From Candidatus Pelagibacter sp. (GTDB taxonomy: Bacteria > Pseudomonadota > Alphaproteobacteria > Paracaedibacterales > CAIOTO01), in the NCBI GenBank assembly GCA_013823725.1, contig PNMQ01000004.1, positions 207,231-271,230 of the forward strand: a stretch of DNA of 64,000 nucleotides, given 5' to 3'. The notes under the pieces are model-generated. The model was given only the letters and a program-made list of their open reading frames with translations. It was not told the origin of the DNA and ran no database searches. Position numbers and translations under genes: made by a program. The first letter of the stretch is position 1, and each line of letters opens with the position of its first letter. Below, one piece after another: positions 56,534-64,000 of the stretch.

Positions 56534-57421
56534 CTAACTATCTAAAAACTGAATCAGTAAATCAAGTTCTGTCATGTCATTAAAATGTAGAATAATTTGA
56601 CCCGAATCACCTTGCGTTTTAACGATAGTATGTACGCCAAGCTTTTGACTTAGTCTTTCACCCAACATACGCGTATCTTCGTTTTCATGAGGATGCACGT
56701 TTTTTTTTATTTTTTTTGAAGGCTGTTTAAAATCGTGAGTTAATTTTTCAGCTTGGCGAACAGAAAGTTTTTGTTCCATCATCTGTTGGGCTAATGCATC
56801 GGCGTTTGGATTATTAATTAAAGTTCGTGCATGCCCTGCAGTAAGTGCTCCAGATCTAACATATTCTTGTAAAGTATCACTTAGATTAAGCAGACGTAAA
56901 CAATTAGCAATGTGACTTCTGCTTTTCGATACTGCTTTTGCAATATCATCTTGGGTCCTGCCGTGTTCATCGATAAGTCGTTGATAAGCGTATGCTTCTT
57001 CTATAGGATCGAGATCGGAGCGCTGTAGATTTTCAATTAAACCCCATTCTAAGGCTTGGCGTGCATTGCAATGAACAATTATAGCAGGGATGGTTGGCCA
57101 ATTGAGCTGTTGGCAAGCTCTGAAACGGCGTTCTCCAGCTATGATTTCGTAAGATTCTGATGGTGAATCGCTGGTGTCATCTTCTGCTTTTTCTTTCGGC
57201 CTTAAAAGAATGGGCTGCAACAATCCTTGCTCTGCAATAGACTGTACGAGCGTTTGCATATGTTCGTCATTAAATGTTTTACGAGGCTGTTGAGATCCTG
57301 CTTGAATAAGATTTAAAGGAATATCTTTTTTATATTGTTTCTGACTGATCTCGATGTCATGCATCGTATGTGCAATATCTCCTAAAAGAGCTGACAAACC
57401 TTTTCCAGGTGTAGAACTCAT
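56534..57421 (-). CDS. parB: Chromosome partitioning protein ParB
   Basis: GKGL.ALL, QPRK.F, GLLQPI, YEIIAGERRFRA, LIENLQR.DL.PIEEA, HTH KSRSHIAN.LRLL. Confidence 0.97.
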   Translation of the reverse strand: MSSTPGKGLSALLGDIAHTMHDIEISQKQYKKDIPLNLIQAGSQQPRKTFNDEHMQTLVQSIAEQGLLQPILLRPKEKAEDDTSDSPSESYEIIAGERRFRACQQLNWPTIPAIIVHCNARQALEWGLIENLQRSDLDPIEEAYAYQRLIDEHGRTQDDIAKAVSKSRSHIANCLRLLNLSDTLQEYVRSGALTAGHARTLINNPNADALAQQMMEQKLSVRQAEKLTHDFKQPSKKIKKNVHPHENEDTRMLGERLSQKLGVHTIVKTQGDSGQIILHFNDMTELDLLIQFLDS

Positions 57422-57423
57422 GA

Positions 57424-58185
57424 TTAACTCGCTTTCTCAAGAATTTCTTTTGCTAATGCCATATAAGCGTGCGAACCTTGGCAATTCACATCATATACTA
57501 ATACTGGTTTTCCAAAAGAAGGTGCCTCAGAAACTTTGACATTTCTTGGAATAACAGTTTTGAAAACTTTACTTTTTAAATGAAATCTGACGTCATCTGC
57601 AACTTGAGCACATAAAGAACTACGTTTATCGAACATGGTTAGCACGATACCTAAAAGACTAAGTTGAGGATTAAAGTTCTTTTGAATTTTTTTAATGGAG
57701 CTTAGTAAATAACTCAATCCTTCTAAGGCGTAATATTCGCATTGAAGTGGAACGATAACTGATTTAGATGCACACATTGCATTTAAAGTTAAAAGACCCA
57801 TGGATGGTGGGCAGTCTATGATAACGTAATCGATAGAATGTTCTTCAGCGTACAATTTATTAGCTAGTACTTTTTCTCGGTTGTTTTCTTGAACTAATTC
57901 TATTTCTGCACCGGAAAGATCGACGGAAGAAGGTACAATCCATAAATGAGGAATGAGAGTTTGAATCATGACTTCATTTAAAGGTATGGGTGTTGTGACT
58001 AAATGGTAACTTGTTTTAACTCTACTTTTTTTATCAACACCTAAACCTGTTGAAGCATTAGCTTGTGGGTCAAGGTCAATGAGTAATACTTTTTTTTCAA
58101 CAGCAGCCAGTGCTGTAGCAATATTTACAGCCGTGGTTGTTTTTCCAACGCCTCCCTTTTGATTGGCAACAGCTATAACTTGCAT
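57424..58185 (-). CDS. parA: Chromosome partitioning ATPase ParA/Soj
   Basis: NQKGGVGKTTT, DLDPQANAS, IDCPPS, PLQCEYYALEG, IPRNV..SEAPS.G; start at ATG after GAGG. Confidence 0.97.
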   Translation of the reverse strand: MQVIAVANQKGGVGKTTTAVNIATALAAVEKKVLLIDLDPQANASTGLGVDKKSRVKTSYHLVTTPIPLNEVMIQTLIPHLWIVPSSVDLSGAEIELVQENNREKVLANKLYAEEHSIDYVIIDCPPSMGLLTLNAMCASKSVIVPLQCEYYALEGLSYLLSSIKKIQKNFNPQLSLLGIVLTMFDKRSSLCAQVADDVRFHLKSKVFKTVIPRNVKVSEAPSFGKPVLVYDVNCQGSHAYMALAKEILEKAS

Positions 58186-58400
58186 GGGGTCCTCATATCT
58201 ATCCTTATTTACCTTGAGCACGTTTAAAAAAATGCTCACATTATAGTTTAATACTTTTTGTACATTTTACACAACCAGTATATATATAACAAGAATGGTA
58301 AACGGATTCCGTCACGTTCTTGCAATAGAATTGAAAATTTTCCTAGGATATTTTGCTGATAATATTTGATGTATCCAAAGCTGGAGCAAGGTATTGATAG

Positions 58401-59690
58401 TTATCTATCTATGGAACAAGATCGTTTCCTGAGATTTTTCCAATGATTTCTGACTTTATATTTTTTGTATTTTTGTATAGTTTCAAAAACAGCGTTGTTA
58501 TAAGCATTTGAAAAAGAATCATATAAGCCATGCGATAGATCTGTCCCTATATTAAGCTCAATGGCTATTATTATTTTCATAGTATCATTGCTATTTTCAT
58601 TGGGATCAATAGCGCTGGGAAACATTGATTCAAGATCTATGAAGTAGAAAAGAGGCGGATGAATGGATCGATTCTTAATAAATATGTTGTCAGTATGGAG
58701 ATCTCCATGGGTAATGGTATTAAATCTTAGTATTTGGGTTGTAGGTGCATGAAGCTGCTCTCTTATTTCTCTATATAACTCTTCTTTGTTTGCGCGTAAA
58801 GAATGATAGGTATGGAATGTTGCTAGTGACCTTCCTAAATGGATCATTAAATTTTTTAAATCGTTGTGGGATTCTTTTATTTGCTTTATGTAAGCGTTTA
58901 AAGGTATTCCATGTGCTGCGTGAATAATGGACATGTATCTTGCACCATCAGTCAACTGCACGCGTGTAATCATTTCTGTTAAAGATAGGCGTGGTAATTC
59001 TGGATAGTTTAAAGTATTTTGTTGGCGTAGATAATTGTGTAATTTAACACCTATTTCACTATGTAGCGTTTCTTTGTTTGCTACTCTTGGGCGGTGGAAT
59101 TTTATAATAAATATAAGTCTACGTATAGGTTGGGTTTGTATGTTCGTGTCAGGTTCTTGTGTCGCGGAAGATTGATAGTGGTGGTATGTCAAAAAAACTT
59201 TGAATGTTGATTCTGCGTAATGTGAGGGAGATTCAATTTTTTCTATTTCAATATTTTCCATCTCCCTTTCTTCAATTAACGATAATTCTTTTAAAAAATG
59301 TGCAAAATCTAGAGCATTTAGATCTCTGAGTGATTTTTTTCTTTCAAGGTCTACTACAGCATGTTGGTTAATGGATTCAGCTAAATTTGATGAAATATTT
59401 TTGAAAGCATTTGCTTGCTCATATCTTGCTGTTCCTTGTGCTGCAGAATCTTTGTGAAAAGAAATAGGGGAAGATTCGCTTTGAGGTTGCATATGTAAGT
59501 TAGATTTATTCAAAGATGGGGGGATATTTTCATCTCCCGTTTCTATAAAAAGAGATAACCCATTTTTGGGCTCTGTTTTTTTTATTGATTTACTCTTTTG
59601 CGGTGTGTTGTTGATTTTTAAGCCAAAAGATGCGGAATAGGTTATGGAATAACTTATAAGAGTTATCATAAATAGCTGCAAAATAATCAT
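58401..59690 (-). CDS. Secreted kinase-like (APH/protein kinase fold) protein
   Basis: Signal-like N-terminus; FIIKF Lys, LATFH, HGDLHTDNIFI catalytic loop, FIDLE. Confidence 0.75.
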   Translation of the reverse strand: MIILQLFMITLISYSITYSASFGLKINNTPQKSKSIKKTEPKNGLSLFIETGDENIPPSLNKSNLHMQPQSESSPISFHKDSAAQGTARYEQANAFKNISSNLAESINQHAVVDLERKKSLRDLNALDFAHFLKELSLIEEREMENIEIEKIESPSHYAESTFKVFLTYHHYQSSATQEPDTNIQTQPIRRLIFIIKFHRPRVANKETLHSEIGVKLHNYLRQQNTLNYPELPRLSLTEMITRVQLTDGARYMSIIHAAHGIPLNAYIKQIKESHNDLKNLMIHLGRSLATFHTYHSLRANKEELYREIREQLHAPTTQILRFNTITHGDLHTDNIFIKNRSIHPPLFYFIDLESMFPSAIDPNENSNDTMKIIIAIELNIGTDLSHGLYDSFSNAYNNAVFETIQKYKKYKVRNHWKNLRKRSCSIDR

Positions 59691-59717
59691 TTTTTATTTT
59701 TTACATTAAATTTTTTT

Positions 59718-59768
59718 TACTTTATATTATAATATTTAATTTTATATTAAATATTATAATATAAAGTA
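59718..59768. repeat. 23-bp perfect inverted repeat in a divergent intergenic region
   Basis: tactttatattataatatttaat-tttat-attaaatattataatataaagta. Confidence 0.9.
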
Positions 59769-59890
59769 TACTTTCGCAGAAAATGGTTTTTTCTGTTTTT
59801 TTTAGGTAGGTGTTGATTCTATGTTTTATGTTTCTTTAATGTTATGATGTCTTAAAATGTGGTAAGTAATACAGTTTAAATCGAAGATAA

Positions 59891-60664
59891 ATGATTTCAT
59901 TAAAAGATATTTCTGCTGCACGACGTGAGCAGCTTAATAGTGGTGAGCATGAAACAAAGAATTTGGTGGAATGTTTATCCATAGATTTTCGTTTGCTCGT
60001 ATTAAACTGTATTCCGGGCATATCTAATAGTGCTTTGGATCAGATAGAGCAGAAAAAACAGTGTGGAATCATCGACAGAATGAAGGGGATAGGAAGCATA
60101 CTGTTCAAAGAAATGGGAGTTGCTGGAATTGATGTTTTGAAAAATCATCATTCGGACTCAATCAGAGGATTGTCTTGCTATATGGTATCTTATTGTGATC
60201 ACCTAAGTTTAGTGGATAAGTTTGAGATGATGAAAACTTTAGCTGACGATAGTCATTTCAGTGTTCGCGAGTGGGCTTGGTTAGCATTGCGACCTGACAT
60301 TGTCTGTAATATCAAAGATTCTTTGACATTTCTGCAAAGTTGGAGTTCGCATGAATCTCCATATTTAAGGCGCTTTGCATGCGAAGCTACTAGACCAAGA
60401 GGGGTATGGTGTGCTCATATTCCAGAATTAAAAATTAACCCTAATATAGCACTACCTCTTTTGGCAATGCTAAAAACAGACACGCACCTCTATGTTCAAA
60501 AATCTTTAGGAAACTGGCTGAACGACGCTTCGAAAAATAATGCAGATTGGGTTTTGAATATATTGGAGTTATGGCATGCTGAATATCCTGGATTGATTGA
60601 TAAGCGAATTTCAAAATTAGCCAAACGGACAATGAATAAAGTAAAAAGTAAAAAATATGATTAA
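59891..60664 (+). CDS. DNA alkylation repair protein (HEAT-repeat, AlkC/AlkD-like)
   Basis: LN.G..ET.NL.E.L.ID, D.HF.VREWAW.A.R, RRFA.EATRPRGVWC.HI, YVQ.S.GNWLNDASK. Confidence 0.88.
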   Translation: MISLKDISAARREQLNSGEHETKNLVECLSIDFRLLVLNCIPGISNSALDQIEQKKQCGIIDRMKGIGSILFKEMGVAGIDVLKNHHSDSIRGLSCYMVSYCDHLSLVDKFEMMKTLADDSHFSVREWAWLALRPDIVCNIKDSLTFLQSWSSHESPYLRRFACEATRPRGVWCAHIPELKINPNIALPLLAMLKTDTHLYVQKSLGNWLNDASKNNADWVLNILELWHAEYPGLIDKRISKLAKRTMNKVKSKKYD

Positions 60665-60755
60665 TGCTTTTTAATATATACAAGGTCTTTGCTTCTTGAC
60701 ATAGCAAGAGTTTTTATGTAAAATCTAATTCTTAATGTATTTTTAGGGAATGAAT

Positions 60756-60890
60756 ATGAAAAGAACATTTCAACCAAGTAATCTCGTCAGAAAAAGAAGA
60801 CATGGCTTTCGTGCACGTATGGCAACAGTAAATGGTCGTAAAATTATTGCTCGTAGAAGATCTCAAGGTCGTAAAAGACTATCTGCTTAA
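60756..60890 (+). CDS. rpmH: 50S ribosomal protein L34 (absent from the ORF track)
   Basis: Translates to [44 protein letters not shown]. Confidence 0.98.
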   Translation: MKRTFQPSNLVRKRRHGFRARMATVNGRKIIARRRSQGRKRLSA

Positions 60891-60911
60891 ATCTGATTAA
60901 GATTTATATCG

Positions 60912-61331
60912 GTGGTTTCTTTTAAAGACAATGCTTTAAAGGTGTCAACTTTAAAAAAAAGAGCTGACTTCTTAAAAGTCGCATCGCAAAAAAATTCTTT
61001 TCGAAAAAAAAGTATTATAGTTTCTGTGGGAATTTGTCCAGCTCATGATGCAGTAGACTTAAAAATAGGTCTTGTTGTTACAAAAAAAGTTGGAAATGCT
61101 GTGGTTCGTAATACGGTTAAAAGGCGACTACGAGAAGCTATAAGAATAATTTTAAGAGACGATTTGGTGATGTCGAAATTTTTGCTGATTATGCCAACTA
61201 ATTTAGTTTTGGTTGCAAATAAATTAACAGCGGAATGCTTGTTTGGAGATATTGTTGCAGATATATCTGAAGGAATACTCTTCTTATCTAAAAAAGTAAT
61301 AAAAAAACCTTTGAAAATTCAAAAGGTATAA
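60912..61331 (+). CDS. rnpA: Ribonuclease P protein component
   Basis: LKKRADF, G..VTKKVGNAVVRN.VKRRLRE; follows rpmH. Confidence 0.95.
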   Translation: MVSFKDNALKVSTLKKRADFLKVASQKNSFRKKSIIVSVGICPAHDAVDLKIGLVVTKKVGNAVVRNTVKRRLREAIRIILRDDLVMSKFLLIMPTNLVLVANKLTAECLFGDIVADISEGILFLSKKVIKKPLKIQKV

Positions 61332-61335
61332 TTTT

Positions 61336-61602
61336 ATGGTTTGGTTGTTAGTTAAATTCATAAAATTGTATCAGTTGATTGTTGCTCCTTTTGTGCAGAC
61401 TCAGTGTCGATTTTTACCAACTTGTTCTCAATACGCTATCGTAGCCTTGCAAGCGCACGGCATATTTAGAGGTGGATGGATGGTGTTGAAACGTCTAATG
61501 TGTTGTCAGCCATTTGGAAAAGGAAATGCTCACAATGTTAACTCATTCACTTACGACATAGAAAAGCAAGCTGCTCCAAATGGCTTGATTAATAAAAAAT
61601 AA
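61336..61602 (+). CDS. yidD: Membrane protein insertion efficiency factor YidD
   Basis: YQ...P....CRF.PTCSQYA..AL..HG..RG.W....R...C.P. Confidence 0.95.
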   Translation: MVWLLVKFIKLYQLIVAPFVQTQCRFLPTCSQYAIVALQAHGIFRGGWMVLKRLMCCQPFGKGNAHNVNSFTYDIEKQAAPNGLINKK

Positions 61603-61680
61603 AAACTTCGGATTAACACTGTTTGTTAAGTTGTCGTGTGGTTTTTAAAAAACAAATTAACACAAAAATTAGGTTTTATA

Positions 61681-63426
61681 ATGTCAGAACAAAATAAATT
61701 TCTTCTACTTCTCATATCTTGCTTCGCTTTTTTCTTTGGGTTTGAATATTTCTTTCCCACAAAATCAATGACCCCTTTGCACACTGATGAAATCAAAAAT
61801 ATTTCAAATTTTGATCACGCAAGACACGAGTCTAATCAAATTATTTCAGTTGACGAAGCATTGAAATTAGACAATAGATTGGTAATTGATACGCCTGCTT
61901 TGCAAGGATCGTTAAATTTAAAAGGTTGTTTGTTTGATGATTTGCAATTCAAAAAATATACAGTAAATCCTAATTCAAAAGAACTTGTTAGACTATATAC
62001 CCCAGTTAGAAGCAAAGATGCCTATTTTTCGGAAATTAATTATGCAGATTCTTCTTCTCCTCAATTGGGACAATTTCACGAGACACCATGGAAAGTAGTC
62101 GGTGAGAACAAGATTTTAAAGTCGGATGCACCTGTTATTTTAGAATCAAAAATTAGTTCGAAGGTAAGCTGTAAAAGAACAATAAGCGTTGACGAACAAT
62201 ATCTATTTACAATTGAAGATGAAATCACTAATACATCGCCTGACGCTGTCAATGTTGAATTTACAAATTCCGTTTATCGCTATGGTAAGCCTCAAACATC
62301 AGGTTTTTTCGTTTTACACGAAGGTGGTGTGGGTTATGTGAACAACAAGCTTGTTGAAGTTTCATATGACGATATAGAAAAGAAAAAAAATATAAGTTAT
62401 TCGCCAGGTAAAGGCTGGATTGGCTTTACAGATAAGTATTGGTTAAGTGCCTTTATTCCTAACGGTGAAATACCCTTACAGTCTGGTTACGATTACCAAG
62501 ATAAATCACAAACTTTTAGGTCCTATTCGAAAAGTGCTCCGATTACAGTAGCTTCTAAGTCAACACATGTTATTAAACACCACTTATTTTCTGGTGCAAA
62601 AGTTTTAAAAATGCTTGATGGTTATGAAGAGTCTCACAAATTTAAACACTTCGATTTAGCTGTAGATTTTGGTTGGTTTTACTTTTTAACAAAACCCCTG
62701 TTCTATGCGCTAGATAAGCTAAATGCTATTTTAGGCAACATGGGTTTTGCAATTTTAATTTTAACAGTATTTTTTAAAATTTTGTCATTTCCTCTAGCAA
62801 ATAAATCACATCGTTCTATGGCACGAATGAAACAGCTTCAGCCCAAAATGGATAAACTAAAAGAACAGTATGGTAGCGATCACCAAAAATATTCTATGGA
62901 ATTGATGGCTCTCTATAAAAAAGAAAAAGTTAATCCTGCTTCAGGTTGTTTGCCAACGCTGATTCAGGCCCCACTGTTCTTTTGTTTGTATAAAGTGTTT
63001 TTTGTAACGATTGAAATGCGACATGCACCTTTTCTAGGCTGGATTCAAGACTTATCAGCTCCAGATCCCACTTCATTTGTTAACCTATTTGGATTGCTCC
63101 CCTTTGATGCCCCATCATGGCTTATCATTGGTGCGTGGCCGTTATTTATGGGTGTGACGATGATCATTCAACAACGTATGGGACCTCAGTCAACAGATCC
63201 TACCCAAGCTAAAATGATGATGGTGCTTCCGGTGGTATTTACGTATATGTTTGCATCATTTCCATCTGGTTTGGTTATCTATTGGGCTTGGAGTAATGTA
63301 TTGACTATTTTACAGCAATATTATATTTCGCAACAAAAGCCTACAGCTATAGCTTCAAGAAAAAGCTCTGGAACAAATCGTCAACAAAGATTAGAAAAAA
63401 AATCTAAAGATAGTAATGATGGATAA
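61681..63426 (+). CDS. yidC: Membrane protein insertase YidC
   Basis: DFGWFYFLTKP, GCLP.LIQ.P.FF.LY, W.QDLSAPDP, GLVIYWAWSN; start placed at ATG 61681. Confidence 0.97.
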   Translation: MSEQNKFLLLLISCFAFFFGFEYFFPTKSMTPLHTDEIKNISNFDHARHESNQIISVDEALKLDNRLVIDTPALQGSLNLKGCLFDDLQFKKYTVNPNSKELVRLYTPVRSKDAYFSEINYADSSSPQLGQFHETPWKVVGENKILKSDAPVILESKISSKVSCKRTISVDEQYLFTIEDEITNTSPDAVNVEFTNSVYRYGKPQTSGFFVLHEGGVGYVNNKLVEVSYDDIEKKKNISYSPGKGWIGFTDKYWLSAFIPNGEIPLQSGYDYQDKSQTFRSYSKSAPITVASKSTHVIKHHLFSGAKVLKMLDGYEESHKFKHFDLAVDFGWFYFLTKPLFYALDKLNAILGNMGFAILILTVFFKILSFPLANKSHRSMARMKQLQPKMDKLKEQYGSDHQKYSMELMALYKKEKVNPASGCLPTLIQAPLFFCLYKVFFVTIEMRHAPFLGWIQDLSAPDPTSFVNLFGLLPFDAPSWLIIGAWPLFMGVTMIIQQRMGPQSTDPTQAKMMMVLPVVFTYMFASFPSGLVIYWAWSNVLTILQQYYISQQKPTAIASRKSSGTNRQQRLEKKSKDSNDG

Positions 63427-64000
63427 AATTACACCTAAGAAAAGTAGATCCAGGGATATTTTTCGCAAAGAGTGGACCTTTATAAAAAGTGTCGTCAGCA
63501 TGAGTGAGCTGCCTAAATTAGATTTGCCTGAAATTGCATTTGTGGGTCGATCTAATGTAGGTAAGTCTAGTATTATTAACGCATTAGCACAGCAAAAACA
63601 GTTGGCTCGTTCATCAAACACTCCTGGGCGAACACAACATCTAAATTTTTTTAAATTAGGTGACAATATATTTGTTGTAGATCTTCCTGGTTATGGCTAT
63701 GCCAAAGCACCATTAGAACAAAAGGAAAAATGGCAGCATCTTATATATCTATATTTAACAGAGCGACGCAACCTTAGGCGTGTATATTTACTTATAGATT
63801 CCAGGCATGGTTTTATGGCGCTGGACATAGAAATGATGAACTTATTGGATGCTGAAGCTATTCCTTATACTATTGTGCTAACGAAGGTTGATAAGATTGG
63901 CCCCTCAAAGTGTAAAGCTGTTGAAGAACAAGTTCTTAAAGAGATTTCTTCTAGACCAGTTGCGTTTCCACAAATTTTCTCAACAAGCAGCCAAAAGAGA
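63416..64000 (+). CDS. engB: Ribosome biogenesis GTPase EngB/YihA (truncated by the window end)
   Basis: EIAFVGRSNVGKSS.IN, SNTPGRTQ.LNFF, VDLPGYGYAK, TKVDK; no stop before 64000. Confidence 0.95.
   Translation, partial: MMDKITPKKSRSRDIFRKEWTFIKSVVSMSELPKLDLPEIAFVGRSNVGKSSIINALAQQKQLARSSNTPGRTQHLNFFKLGDNIFVVDLPGYGYAKAPLEQKEKWQHLIYLYLTERRNLRRVYLLIDSRHGFMALDIEMMNLLDAEAIPYTIVLTKVDKIGPSKCKAVEEQVLKEISSRPVAFPQIFSTSSQKR

Noticed and set aside
60665-60755. Region upstream of rpmH as a possible oriC
   Set aside because: No dnaA next to it, only ~90 bp, no DnaA-box cluster and no apparent skew change
1-64000. CRISPR arrays, rRNA, IS elements, defence systems, alternative genetic code
   Set aside because: No spaced repeats, cas, transposase or rRNA-like sequence seen; conserved genes read correctly in code 11

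Overview
AT-rich, gene-dense chromosomal segment of an alphaproteobacterium. Gene content (MucR, ClpX, NuoEF, pcm-tolC, CtrA-like boxes, many signal-peptide orphans, pseudogenes) suggests a protist-associated endosymbiont such as Holosporales; this taxonomy is inference. The window appears to span the replication origin. The rsmG-aroE gap (17627-17965) has an AT-rich stretch, four DnaA-like boxes and two tandem TTAA-N7-TTAAC boxes, and spot counts suggest GC skew flips there. A second gene-free region (41471-42168) holds a perfect parS inside a 44-bp perfect palindrome plus another DnaA-box cluster. parAB and rpmH-rnpA-yidD-yidC-engB lie 40-45 kb from the candidate origin. The window also has three tRNAs, two photolyases, accA abutting sbtA, scattered flagellar and secretin genes, surface-glycan genes, a frameshifted methyltransferase and a fluC pseudogene. 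Candidate secreted effectors include a three-gene cluster with a duplicated Cys-bracketed domain and a ~45-aa repeat solenoid. No CRISPR array, rRNA, IS or prophage was seen. All calls come from reading the sequence by eye; no database searches were run.
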